A DNA stretch of 64,000 nucleotides from an uncultured virus (IMG/VR IMGVR_UViG_3300002124_000007) (IMGVR_UViG_3300002124_000007:1-64000), one strand, 5' to 3'; positions 8,583 through 17,706 are shown, counted from the stretch's first letter. Numbers and translations are program-made. The notes: generated by a model not told the origin, from the letters alone.

Positions 8583-9068
8583 ATGCCTTCTGGAAAAGTC
8601 CACTCCGCCCTCACGCTTGCAGCGGTTTCTGGCGTGATTGCTCCCTATGCAGTTGTGAACCTTGGTGGCAACGAATATATGTATCTGGCAGGATGTGTGG
8701 CTGGAATCATGGTCACGCCCGATATGGATGTAAATAATGGAAATATTTCTGACCACTATATTCGTAAATTCTCACGTCCTGCCCAATGGTTGTGGAGGCT
8801 GTTTTGGACACCCTATGCCTTACTTATACCGCATCGTTCAACTTTCAGTCATTTTCCATTCTTGGGAACTACTCTAAGAATTGGATATATATTCTTGGTA
8901 TTAAACCTTATCAATTTTATGTTTCGACTTTTTCTAAGCATATTTGACACTGTGTCATTTATCTGGCTATGGGACTGGTCTTTCTTCTTCGGTCTGTGCC
9001 ATGTCGATACAATACACTTTTTAGTAGATAATACGATCAAAGGAAAGGAAACATTGGAAAATGAGTGA
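8583..9068 (+). CDS. DUF2227-like putative metal-binding membrane protein
   Basis: MPSGKVH...TPDMD...WTPY...HRSTFSH...GTTLR pattern. Confidence 0.75.
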   Translation: MPSGKVHSALTLAAVSGVIAPYAVVNLGGNEYMYLAGCVAGIMVTPDMDVNNGNISDHYIRKFSRPAQWLWRLFWTPYALLIPHRSTFSHFPFLGTTLRIGYIFLVLNLINFMFRLFLSIFDTVSFIWLWDWSFFFGLCHVDTIHFLVDNTIKGKETLENE

Positions 9069-9282
9069 TAAAGAAGTAGAATATGAAATTAGAAAAAGCC
9101 TTCACAAGCATCTCCCCGATATAGTGTTTCAGGTTTCTTATGCTGATAAACATCTACATGTAGATTTCTTGGGAGGCAATTCGGGAAATTCCTATATAGA
9201 CATATCTAAAGAATTAAAAGATCGGGTGATGGAAGCGGTTTGGGAAGTTTATCCCAATATAGATTTGTGGTTTGATTTTTGA
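9061..9282 (+). CDS. Hypothetical protein
   Basis: Overlaps the preceding gene in the operon. Confidence 0.6.
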   Translation: MSDKEVEYEIRKSLHKHLPDIVFQVSYADKHLHVDFLGGNSGNSYIDISKELKDRVMEAVWEVYPNIDLWFDF

Positions 9283-9288
9283 GGAATT

Positions 9289-9486
9289 ATGCCTAGCTTC
9301 AAAAAACGACATGATGCAAAAAAGAAAAAAGAAACACTTGGGATGCTAAAAAACTTTTCTGATAAGATTAAAAATGGAGAGTTAGAAGTTGAAGTAGCAG
9401 GCTGGTGGCCAGGTGTAGCCGGAAGTTATACTTTAAGGGTAACAGTAAAGGAATCCGAAAATAGTCGAATATTAGACGAAAATTAG
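9289..9486 (+). CDS. Hypothetical protein
   Basis: GAGG SD; operon context. Confidence 0.6.
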   Translation: MPSFKKRHDAKKKKETLGMLKNFSDKIKNGELEVEVAGWWPGVAGSYTLRVTVKESENSRILDEN

Positions 9487-9506
9487 TCAAATATCATGAG
9501 TTTTGA

Positions 9507-9890
9507 TTGAACAATCGTACTTTTTTAAGGATTTTGGAAGAATTAGAATGGCCAAGAATTTATTTGGTATCTCCCAAGCAATTTTATCATGCAGAGGGAG
9601 ATAAGATAAAAGGTTCTTATGGGATGGCAGGATTAGGAGATTCAATCATTACTCTTGAAAAAGGGTTAAGAGGAAGAGTTTTAGCAAACACGATATACCA
9701 CGAGATAGCACATCATTTATTTCCACATCGCAAGCATTGGTGGATTGAATGTGCAGCAGAGAGATTGGCCAAAGGGGGAGGGAGAGGATATTGGTCAATT
9801 CAATCTAGACATACTGTAGATGAGATGCCTTCAAGGAACGAAATGTTAAAGTTATTTAGAAGGGCATCCAAAAGGTTTAATAATGGATAA
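9507..9890 (+). CDS. HExxH zinc metallopeptidase-like protein
   Basis: TIYHEIAHH motif and a downstream E (WWIECAA). Confidence 0.6.
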   Translation: MNNRTFLRILEELEWPRIYLVSPKQFYHAEGDKIKGSYGMAGLGDSIITLEKGLRGRVLANTIYHEIAHHLFPHRKHWWIECAAERLAKGGGRGYWSIQSRHTVDEMPSRNEMLKLFRRASKRFNNG

Positions 9891-10593
9891 TATTGTTGTA
9901 AAGGCTCCCATAAAACAAATAGAAGTTGAACGTCCCACATTAAAGCGCATTGTGGAGTGGCTTCTTCCGTTGCCTGAATATAGCGTACTCTTTGGAATGG
10001 CAGAGGATGGGCTTCCTATTCTGCTAGATGCCAAAGACACATTATCTCCCAACGTCATTGTATGGGATAAACTTGCTCGCCAAAGTTTGCATATCCTTAA
10101 AGTGATTTCGGAGTATTTATTTCAGCATCGCTCTCAAAATACTGAGATTGAATTTATTGTCCTAACCTTGTATCCTGAAGATTGGGGAGAATTAAATAAG
10201 TATGGGATGGGCGCACAGGGAAAAACATCTTGCATTGGAATCATTCCTTTTGGTTCTAAGTTAGCGGAGAAGGTAATGGAAGGTCTGGCCAAGTGGGTAA
10301 ATGAAAAGCACAAATCATCCAAGCAGCCCGTTATTGTGCTGGTTGATGGACTTGAAAATGTAAACAGGATGAGCAAGGATTTTCAGGATCATTTTCGATA
10401 TCTGCTTGATCTTGGACGAAAAAAGAATGTTTACATCATTGGAACTTCTCATAAGAGCCATTTTTTTCAGGTCTATAAGTGGTTAGATGGATTTCAGAGA
10501 GAAATATATGGAAGACAAATTGATTATGAATTTGAGTGGATAGATAGAAATAATACAGTTCTTTTTTATACCCCAAGAACGGAGTTGATATGA
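9883..10593 (+). CDS. Degenerate FtsK/SpoIIIE-like ATPase-fold protein
   Basis: FGMAEDGLPILLD..P N-terminus, Walker B-like IVLVDGL, GRKKNVYIIGT; Walker A absent (NVIVWDKLARQS). Confidence 0.55.
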   Translation: MDNIVVKAPIKQIEVERPTLKRIVEWLLPLPEYSVLFGMAEDGLPILLDAKDTLSPNVIVWDKLARQSLHILKVISEYLFQHRSQNTEIEFIVLTLYPEDWGELNKYGMGAQGKTSCIGIIPFGSKLAEKVMEGLAKWVNEKHKSSKQPVIVLVDGLENVNRMSKDFQDHFRYLLDLGRKKNVYIIGTSHKSHFFQVYKWLDGFQREIYGRQIDYEFEWIDRNNTVLFYTPRTELI

Positions 10594-10739
10594 ACGTAGA
10601 AGGTTTGGTAGGAGTATTTTTGACGAGTGCCTTAGTTTCCTTATATGCTCTATCTCGGAAACATTGGAATGAGGCAAGCATTTTTCTATTCTTTGTGATT
10701 GCATCTGTTTTGGGAATTGCATTCAAACTGCTTCAATGA
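10590..10739 (+). CDS. Small membrane protein
   Basis: Not in track; MNVEGLVGVFLTSALVSL..., ATGA overlap, GGAG SD. Confidence 0.55.
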   Translation: MNVEGLVGVFLTSALVSLYALSRKHWNEASIFLFFVIASVLGIAFKLLQ

Positions 10740-10847
10740 AGTGGTTAATTTTGTGTGACCTTGCCTGGGCGTTGTATGACAAGTCTTGTATCTCCGGCAA
10801 GTGGAGAAAATATATAAAACATAGAAAGGAATGCAAAGAGTGTAGAT

Positions 10848-10952
10848 ATGAAATACGATGAAGATGAAACCCCTGAGACAGAACCATCCGATGAGCCGCC
10901 CATTGTTCTAGATGGAGATGACGATACGGGTGAGGATACAGAGGAAGAATGA
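10848..10952 (+). CDS. Highly acidic 34-aa peptide
   Basis: MKYDEDETPETEPSDEPPIVLDGDDDTGEDTEEE; ATGA overlap with the next gene. Confidence 0.5.
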   Translation: MKYDEDETPETEPSDEPPIVLDGDDDTGEDTEEE

Positions 10953-11266
10953 GAATATTTTATGTGGCCTTCGGATTAATCTTCCTTGGATTTGTATTTG
11001 TAAACACGATGATTCCAAAGGAGTCCTGTATTGCAATTCCACTTGAAGTAGCTGTACCCATGTTTAGATGTATTGCAGGATTTCTTTTATTTGGTCTTTT
11101 TGGCACACTTGTCACTCCAAATAGAATCATAATGGGATATCCTAAAGGGTTGTTGATATTTGTATATGTCATTCTTTTACTTGGATTGTTTGTTTTTGGG
11201 AGTGCTGGAATGATAGCGACCCCAGAAAACGTGGCAAACTGTACAACTATATTTGGAAATTATTAA
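10949..11266 (+). CDS. Membrane protein
   Basis: Three hydrophobic helices; GAGG SD. Confidence 0.65.
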   Translation: MRIFYVAFGLIFLGFVFVNTMIPKESCIAIPLEVAVPMFRCIAGFLLFGLFGTLVTPNRIIMGYPKGLLIFVYVILLLGLFVFGSAGMIATPENVANCTTIFGNY

Positions 11267-11378
11267 AGAGATAAGATATGATTGCTAAATTCCTTTTCAT
11301 CATGTTCTTGATTTGTATTGCTCCAATCGCAAAGACTGTAATCTTAGAAACCTGGAAATATCTTAATGGTAGGTCATA

Positions 11379-11582
11379 ATGAACGTAAATTTACAAACGG
11401 AAACGGTCAAGCTTTATCCAAGGCGCATCTTCAAGTGTGTCCAAGAGAACAGAGTAATGGAACGTCAATATGTATCCAAGGATCACAAGGGCAATTATCG
11501 TTGCGGCTCATGTGGTTCTAATGTACAGGATGTAACTGATACGGAAACTGGCAGGGACTTCATGGAGATTCTTGCGATATGA
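11379..11582 (+). CDS. Small zinc-ribbon-like protein
   Basis: FKC...YRCGSCG. Confidence 0.6.
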   Translation: MNVNLQTETVKLYPRRIFKCVQENRVMERQYVSKDHKGNYRCGSCGSNVQDVTDTETGRDFMEILAI

Positions 11583-11827
11583 GTGGCCTTGATCTGGTTT
11601 ATGAAAATATGAAGAACTGGCGAGACAACTTTCCTGGCATCAATTGTGTGTCGGTATTCTTATTTGAGGATCAGTTACGGGTCAGGATAGATTGGCTGGA
11701 TGGGATGAGTTATACCTATGTTATTCCAAAACTCGCCTTAGAAATTCAAGAATTGGACATCTTTGGTGACATGATCTTATCTGAGGCAGAAAAAGCCTAT
11801 AAGATACATACAGTAGGAGAAGAATAA
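11579..11827 (+). CDS. Hypothetical protein
   Basis: ATGA coupling. Confidence 0.6.
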   Translation: MSGLDLVYENMKNWRDNFPGINCVSVFLFEDQLRVRIDWLDGMSYTYVIPKLALEIQELDIFGDMILSEAEKAYKIHTVGEE

Positions 11828-12021
11828 TGACAAGCAAAAAACTCTTGTGCGATCATATCTATAAGACTGTAACGAAAAAATACCTGCGGACAGAAAGAGA
11901 GCCTTATGGAAGAGAGCATCGTATAACTGTGTATAAAAATTTCGAGTATTTTTCTGAAAAACAAAGATGCATCCTATGTAGAGATGAAAGAATAGTAGAA
12001 AGAAAGTATTTTGCGTTTTGA
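11827..12021 (+). CDS. Hypothetical protein (CxH/CxxC)
   Basis: TAATG coupling; AGGAG SD. Confidence 0.6.
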   Translation: MTSKKLLCDHIYKTVTKKYLRTEREPYGREHRITVYKNFEYFSEKQRCILCRDERIVERKYFAF

Positions 12022-12173
12022 GTAGGGGATTTTATTTTGATTAGGCTATATACATGGATGAAGTTGTGGGAGCAGAACGTAAAAAATCGTCTTACGTGCT
12101 ATAGCGAACACCGGCATCCTCGTACATTAAATTTATATGAGAGAAGATGAGAGTTGGCTTAACCAGATGAGCA

Positions 12174-12312
12174 TACTCTCATCTATATCGTATACCAATC
12201 GTTCATTTCGCATATATTAATCATTAATTCTATATGAGAATGTGGGCATGTATTATGAGTGCATGATAATAGTTTGATTAGAGTATTCTTATACATATTG
12301 TATACCAATCGT
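12174..12312 (+). repeat. Degenerate 29-bp direct repeat pair
   Basis: 12174-12202 and 12284-12312 share the identical core GTATACCAATCGT, 110 bp apart. Confidence 0.7.
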
Positions 12313-12369
12313 ATGATGATTCTAATGTACTATTTCATGTATATGGTAATATGGATACATAGCAAGCCA

Positions 12370-12384
12370 GTGACACTGTGTCAC
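12370..12384. promoter_or_regulatory. Intergenic copy of the TGACACnGTGTCA palindrome (operator-like position)
   Basis: GTGACACTGTGTCAC just upstream of the SD of the first small early-type gene. Confidence 0.6.
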
Positions 12385-12410
12385 AATACTACTAATAAGG
12401 AGATTATCAA

Positions 12411-12653
12411 ATGAACGCTCAACCTAAGAATCGAATGTACGTACTAGTAATCGCTTTTGTCCTGTTTGTTGCCTTTGTTACGCTTGCATGTGATAGCGGG
12501 CCGTCCTGTGGTGATCTGTGGGGTGATACACCATGTGCCGATATCCATCCTGAGAATATCATTTTAGGTGACAAGTCCGACATCGAACAGGCCGTAAGTG
12601 ATGCGCTTGCTGGTGATAATCCGCAGAACGTACTCTCTGGTGGGCAGCCATAA
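12411..12653 (+). CDS. Putative lipoprotein
   Basis: Basic N-terminus, hydrophobic core, lipobox-like TLA-C; strong TAAGGAG SD. Confidence 0.65.
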   Translation: MNAQPKNRMYVLVIAFVLFVAFVTLACDSGPSCGDLWGDTPCADIHPENIILGDKSDIEQAVSDALAGDNPQNVLSGGQP

Positions 12654-12745
12654 GCTTATATAGTGTCACAGAGTAAGGGAGCATATGCTCCCTGTAATGT
12701 GCAGTACGGTTACAAGCCCGTACCACTAATATAAGGAGATATAAC

Positions 12746-12880
12746 ATGAATAAGTATTCTGAGCTAGAAGAGAACGATAAGGATGACAAATTTTGCCTGA
12801 TGTTTGTCTTGCCTGTTATTTTCATTCTGCTTGTCATTGCATCCACATGGACATATGTTAATTGGCTAAATGCGCTATAA
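12746..12880 (+). CDS. Small membrane protein
   Basis: Not in track; TAAGGAGATATAACATG leader; one TM helix. Confidence 0.6.
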   Translation: MNKYSELEENDKDDKFCLMFVLPVIFILLVIASTWTYVNWLNAL

Positions 12881-12923
12881 ATCACATTCTATTTTCCTAT
12901 ACATGATAAGGAGATAAATTACC

Positions 12924-13142
12924 ATGAAACACCAAATTTTCAAAAAGGTTAATGACTCGTACTTTTGGAATATTTGGCCCGCTAATACTTGGCTATTTGG
13001 GCATATTTCATTGGATATATGGATTAGAATAGATGATTGGAGATTTTATTCGATCAGCAAATCTAGCGCCAATGATGCAGAATACTACTGCATTATCTTC
13101 TATTTGGGTGCTTTGAATGTATCCTATACGTGGATGGCATAA
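12924..13142 (+). CDS. Hypothetical protein
   Basis: TAAGGAG SD. Confidence 0.6.
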   Translation: MKHQIFKKVNDSYFWNIWPANTWLFGHISLDIWIRIDDWRFYSISKSSANDAEYYCIIFYLGALNVSYTWMA

Positions 13143-13254
13143 CATGAACCTAGACACAATTCTCACTTGTCTTTTTGTCCTATTAGCATGGGCATTCTTT
13201 ACAGCACTACTCTATTTGATAGTTTTTGCCGTTGCTTGGCAGTAGGACTATACC

Positions 13255-13473
13255 ATGACTGCCGAAAATGAATCTACTTGGAATAGTGCATGGCAATACA
13301 TATTCTCTAATTGGGGATGCGTAGAATGGCGGCCTTTGCCAAGTACAATCAAGAAAACTCTTGGCTTGCATAATTCAATCGGCCTTTGTTCAAGTATGCT
13401 TATCACACGGACGGGTGCAAGCGGATTGAATGAGTTTATCTCAAGAATCAATAGCAAGCATGGCGGAGCATAG
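13255..13473 (+). CDS. Hypothetical protein
   Basis: AGGA SD; early-gene array. Confidence 0.5.
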   Translation: MTAENESTWNSAWQYIFSNWGCVEWRPLPSTIKKTLGLHNSIGLCSSMLITRTGASGLNEFISRINSKHGGA

Positions 13474-13474
13474 A

Positions 13475-13660
13475 ATGAGCATTGAACAACAAGCGGCCCA
13501 AAACNTTATAGAACGCGCTATGCATAGCACAGAGTACCATACTGCGGAACTATTGCTAAATTCTGCTCATAGGCTTGACTCTACACTAGATATAAACCGT
13601 CTAAAATCTGTATGGCTTGAAAATTGGTTGAAAGATAATCAGAATAGAAGTGTAAAATGA
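13475..13660 (+). CDS. Hypothetical protein
   Basis: GGAG SD before ATG 13475; contains one ambiguous base. Confidence 0.5.
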   Translation: MSIEQQAAQNXIERAMHSTEYHTAELLLNSAHRLDSTLDINRLKSVWLENWLKDNQNRSVK

Positions 13661-13845
13661 GCAAAAATTCTAATTTTGAAAAATGGACTGTAGAAGAGAT
13701 GCGGAAAGTACGCCGTGAATGGATTAGTTATTATCTCCAACAGGGATTTACTACACTTGGAATTATCAAGCGAACTGTCCGTAGGCGTGAATCATGGTTC
13801 TACGGTCTTGAATTGAAAAGGTACTACTACTATGAATATCATTAA
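13657..13845 (+). CDS. Hypothetical protein
   Basis: ATGA coupling. Confidence 0.5.
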   Translation: MSKNSNFEKWTVEEMRKVRREWISYYLQQGFTTLGIIKRTVRRRESWFYGLELKRYYYYEYH

Positions 13846-13994
13846 GATTATTAATAACGCTATTGTAACTATGCTTCGAGCTCTACGCCTACGCACTAAA
13901 AAATATCCGCCAAAACTCTACCATAAGACGCGGGCGGATTACATTGAAAAGATCAAAAAGATGAAAGATTCAGACAACAAAAAGGATAAATAAT

Positions 13995-14192
13995 ATGCAA
14001 AATTACATCATACAAGATGACACAGTGTTATTCAGACAGTCCTTCAATCGGGATGTCCTGCAAGGACTATTTGTAACCCTATATGCCCTAGAGATTACAA
14101 TCTATGATACTAACAGTAAACTCTATCCGCATAAAGTATATATGAGTGAATCAGAATTCATATCTATTCTAGAATTGGCGAAAGGAATATAA
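13995..14192 (+). CDS. Hypothetical protein
   Basis: AAGGA SD. Confidence 0.55.
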   Translation: MQNYIIQDDTVLFRQSFNRDVLQGLFVTLYALEITIYDTNSKLYPHKVYMSESEFISILELAKGI

Positions 14193-14193
14193 C

Positions 14194-14568
14194 ATGGAAG
14201 CTAGACTATATCAACATATTGCACGAAGACTAGAAGCTATTCAATCATGTAATGATGAGTGGATAGACAAACATGAACAGGCAATTGAATCTCTTGTAAT
14301 TGGCTATATGCCACATGGTTCTGGAATTGATAACGGTACATTTATAGATATTGTCAATAGCACGCCCAATAAACTTATATTCACATTTGGATACCACCAT
14401 ATGAATGAGAATGGCTATTATGATGGATGGACTGAGCATAAATTGATTGTAACTCCCTCCTTTGCTTTTGGTATAGATATACGGATTACAGGACGTAACA
14501 GGAATGATATCAAGGATTATCTATATCAAACATTTGAGTATGCTATAAATTTAGTTGTGGATGCGTAA
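14194..14568 (+). CDS. Phage hypothetical protein
   Basis: PHGSGID...HHMNENGYYDGWT pattern, recalled from phage early regions. Confidence 0.7.
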   Translation: MEARLYQHIARRLEAIQSCNDEWIDKHEQAIESLVIGYMPHGSGIDNGTFIDIVNSTPNKLIFTFGYHHMNENGYYDGWTEHKLIVTPSFAFGIDIRITGRNRNDIKDYLYQTFEYAINLVVDA

Positions 14569-14598
14569 TCCACAAAAAGAATAATAGGAGCGTGTACC

Positions 14599-14880
14599 AT
14601 GAATCTAATCAAATATGTATCACAGTATAAGAACGTTGAATTGTGCCAAAAATGGGATAATAATATTCCCGCCAATGAATTGCAGGACAGTGAACTAATG
14701 CTATTACTAGACTCTGAGATTAGGTACTTGCAAGATGCTTTCATGTTCTTGCAAGCCCAGGACATAACCGGAGCATTAGTAAGCATCAGAGACGGGGATT
14801 ATAAGGAAGTCTATGTCACTGAATCATCCCGCCCGTATGCCCTAACGTCCATCTATCATCCAATTGACTATTACCTATAG
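14599..14880 (+). CDS. Hypothetical protein
   Basis: AGGAG SD. Confidence 0.6.
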   Translation: MNLIKYVSQYKNVELCQKWDNNIPANELQDSELMLLLDSEIRYLQDAFMFLQAQDITGALVSIRDGDYKEVYVTESSRPYALTSIYHPIDYYL

Positions 14881-14969
14881 GAGATTATGACATGCCAAAA
14901 TACGCTACGATCCTTTTGATTATCCTACTAGTCGAATTCATCCTGATTAGGATGTTAGGAGTGTAAATT

Positions 14970-15023
14970 CTCACCATACTATAACCCCACATTAAAGCCA
15001 TTCTAATTAAAGACAAGTAAAAT
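14970..15023 (+). promoter_or_regulatory. Promoter with 11-bp-period repeats
   Basis: CTCAC(14970) ATAAC(14981) TTAAA(14992) CTAAT(15003), 10 bp, TAAAAT(15018). Confidence 0.65.
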
Positions 15024-15046
15024 TAAATTACAAAAAGGAGTATAAA

Positions 15047-15253
15047 ATGAGCAAAAAAGATTATATTAAGTTTGCAAAAATGATTAATGAACGTATTCAA
15101 GAGTTATATAGTGATCAAAATAATGATGTACCTAATATTCCGTCTCATATTTCGGAATTACAGACAATTTCCCTGCGTATGCTTGATATTTTCTCTAGTG
15201 ATAACCCAAACTTTGATCGTGAGAGATTCCTTGAAGCTTGTGGATTATCTTAA
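15047..15253 (+). CDS. Phage hypothetical protein
   Basis: MSKKDY...DNPNFDRERFLEAC pattern; AAGGAG SD. Confidence 0.7.
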   Translation: MSKKDYIKFAKMINERIQELYSDQNNDVPNIPSHISELQTISLRMLDIFSSDNPNFDRERFLEACGLS

Positions 15254-15283
15254 TAATAAACTTTCAAAAATAGGAGATATAAA

Positions 15284-16045
15284 ATGAAACACACTACAAT
15301 CAAATCATATCAGGACGCGAAAGAATATCTGCAAGGTAAGAAATCCCGACCCTATGCTCATAACACGAGAATCACAATCGACTCTCTTGACTTGGGCCAT
15401 GAAGTAATTACGGTTACATATCATGATAATCCGATTGTAAACTTCTATCCCGATGGAGTTGCATCCTTCTCATCCTGTGGATGGAAAACTCCTACAACCA
15501 AAGAGAGAATTAATTGGTTTTTACCCGATGGATTCAGTTTATATCAGGAAAAATCAGTATGGCATGTAGTGAAACATGGTACATCCTACAACTATATCAA
15601 CTATGTTTTTGCGGATGGCTTGGCTATAGACAAATTTGGGAATGTCTATAATGATGCGCCTGCCGATAACATAAAGGACACGATTAAAGCTATTAAGAAA
15701 TTTGTGGATGGCTATATTAAAGCTCTTCTAAGTGGAGAGATGGATTCCCCGTCCGGTGGAGACTGCTGGTATTGTTTGATGGAAAATGAGCAGGGAAAGA
15801 ACTTAGGGGAATTGACAAGTAATAATGAACATATTCTTTCACACTTTGAAGAGTCATATTATGTACCATCTATGCTATTGAATGCTTATAAATTCAACAA
15901 GCGGTTAAGCCAGTTCACAATGAATGCAGTTTATACGTTGTGGAGTGGGAGCAAAGTCTCAGAGTGGGAATCTTCTCTTGTTGCAAGAGATGTAAAATCC
16001 TGCCTGACTGCCTATCTTAAGCATCTATTAGGAATTGCACAATGA
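15284..16045 (+). CDS. Phage hypothetical protein
   Basis: YHDNPIV...GWKTPTTKERIN; AGGAG SD. Confidence 0.75.
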   Translation: MKHTTIKSYQDAKEYLQGKKSRPYAHNTRITIDSLDLGHEVITVTYHDNPIVNFYPDGVASFSSCGWKTPTTKERINWFLPDGFSLYQEKSVWHVVKHGTSYNYINYVFADGLAIDKFGNVYNDAPADNIKDTIKAIKKFVDGYIKALLSGEMDSPSGGDCWYCLMENEQGKNLGELTSNNEHILSHFEESYYVPSMLLNAYKFNKRLSQFTMNAVYTLWSGSKVSEWESSLVARDVKSCLTAYLKHLLGIAQ

Positions 16046-16236
16046 TTGACTCTAATTTTTATATCCTAAGAACAGCACGATTAAAGCCGCGTGAAAAAGC
16101 TAGGCGATTAAAGCATCTTGAGAATACCCTAGCAGCATTGGCACAATATCACAAAGTTTGTAAACCATTAAAGCGGCCTATAATTTTCCGCTTGATGGTA
16201 AATTATGAAACACTATTGAATTCAAAAGGAGAATAA
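16042..16236 (+). CDS. Basic hypothetical protein
   Basis: ATGA coupling. Confidence 0.5.
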   Translation: MIDSNFYILRTARLKPREKARRLKHLENTLAALAQYHKVCKPLKRPIIFRLMVNYETLLNSKGE

Positions 16237-16237
16237 A

Positions 16238-16663
16238 ATGTCTACAGATATTTCAAATCGTGATGACGTGATTGATTCTCGCGATGTTATTGAGAGAATC
16301 ACAGAACTAGAATCAGAAATGGAATCTTTTATGGAAGAGAACGAGATTCCAGATTCCGAACGTGGAAACGTCAATAATGAAAAATGGATGGATTGGGAGG
16401 AATCAGAATCAGGCACAGAACTTAAAGCGTTGCTAGACTTGCAGAGTGAAGCAGATTGTAGCCCTGATTGGATATATGGCGAGGCTCTAATCCGAGATTC
16501 TTATTTTGAGGAATATGCCAAAGAACTTGCAGAAGACATAGGTATGGTAAAAGATGTTACGTGGCCATATACTTGCATTGATTGGAAAAAGGCCGCAAGA
16601 GTACTACAACAAGACTATATGTCTGTTTCCTTTGATGACATCGATTACTGGATTAGGGCATAA
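16238..16663 (+). CDS. Acidic ArdA-like antirestriction protein (putative)
   Basis: Very acidic; C-terminal FEEYAKELAED...IDWKKAARVL resembles the ArdA C-terminal pattern. Confidence 0.5.
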   Translation: MSTDISNRDDVIDSRDVIERITELESEMESFMEENEIPDSERGNVNNEKWMDWEESESGTELKALLDLQSEADCSPDWIYGEALIRDSYFEEYAKELAEDIGMVKDVTWPYTCIDWKKAARVLQQDYMSVSFDDIDYWIRA

Positions 16664-16665
16664 AT

Positions 16666-16893
16666 ATGGATGAATTCCCAAATGCCAAAGGCTATACATT
16701 AACACAGTGTCACTTAGGGGGAGTGGCACGAGCAAAAACTGCCGGGCGTCATCCTGCTTATGGAATTTTCTTGCCCAATGTCATGCTGTGGGATAATCTA
16801 TATCCATCCACATATCAGCATGGTATAGCAGGCGGCAAAGCACGAGCGATTAAAGCCACTAGAGATACAAGAGGAAGGTTTACGAAGGATTAA
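16666..16893 (+). CDS. Hypothetical protein
   Basis: Operon position; C-terminal RDTRGRF. Confidence 0.5.
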   Translation: MDEFPNAKGYTLTQCHLGGVARAKTAGRHPAYGIFLPNVMLWDNLYPSTYQHGIAGGKARAIKATRDTRGRFTKD

Positions 16894-16910
16894 AGTCTTC
16901 ATACCTAATT

Positions 16911-16942
16911 TTCACGTCCTGCTAATTCAAATGTTATATAAT
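16911..16942 (+). promoter_or_regulatory. Promoter with 11-bp-period repeats
   Basis: TTCAC(16911) CTAAT(16922), 10 bp, TATAAT(16937). Confidence 0.65.
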
Positions 16943-16970
16943 AAATAAAAACAAAAAGGAGATTACGACT

Positions 16971-17552
16971 ATGAAAACAAAAACGATTGAATTGTACACG
17001 TTTGAAGAGCTTCCAGAAGACATTCAGGAGGATGTTTTAGACAAATATCGTGATATTAACGTTGAAGTTGAATGGTGGGATTATGACGGGAAAACCGGAT
17101 TCAACTCTACTGAGATTAAGAAATATCGTCTAGATATGGAATATTCCGATGATTTGCTTGACTATAAAAAGATTTATTTTGACTGTGGGCAGGGATGGTA
17201 CATTCAATTTGTGGATGCAGAATTTAAGCACGATGAGACTGCTCGTAAATTCCTAGGCGTGCCTAAGTCGTTATGGGATCAGGTAGAGTGGACAATTAAT
17301 GACCAACCTCATCGAGAAACGAGTACACGCTTAGAGTATGAATCTGGGTATGCAAGAGACTATAGGGACTTCACGCCCAAACAGAAAGCAATTCTTGACA
17401 GGGCGGTGGAGAGATTTTCTGACAAGATGGAAGAGGCCTTGAAAGGTCTAAGAGAAACTTATGAATACCTTTGCACAGATGATGCGGTAAAAGATACCAT
17501 CATTATCAATGAATATACGTTTACGATTGGTGGAAAAATGGACAATGGATAG
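16971..17552 (+). CDS. Phage hypothetical protein
   Basis: YTFEELPEDIQ...EYLCTD...INEYTFT; AAGGAG SD. Confidence 0.75.
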   Translation: MKTKTIELYTFEELPEDIQEDVLDKYRDINVEVEWWDYDGKTGFNSTEIKKYRLDMEYSDDLLDYKKIYFDCGQGWYIQFVDAEFKHDETARKFLGVPKSLWDQVEWTINDQPHRETSTRLEYESGYARDYRDFTPKQKAILDRAVERFSDKMEEALKGLRETYEYLCTDDAVKDTIIINEYTFTIGGKMDNG

Positions 17553-17706
17553 AATCGAATTCTACTCTGACCAAGATATTAAAGCCTGGATTGATGAATT
17601 TCAACGTTCAGAAAATCTAGAAAAAATTGTACTGCCTTCTGTGCCGTTTTCCTGGCATGAAATAATAAGAGAATGGCGCAAAAGGCAGGATTTGTACGAT
17701 CTATAG
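17545..17706 (+). CDS. Hypothetical protein
   Basis: Overlapping start in the operon. Confidence 0.45.
   Translation: MDRIEFYSDQDIKAWIDEFQRSENLEKIVLPSVPFSWHEIIREWRKRQDLYDL

Noticed and set aside
12021..12410. Possible attachment site or prophage boundary
   Set aside because: No integrase, tRNA fragment or host-like genes on either side within the window.
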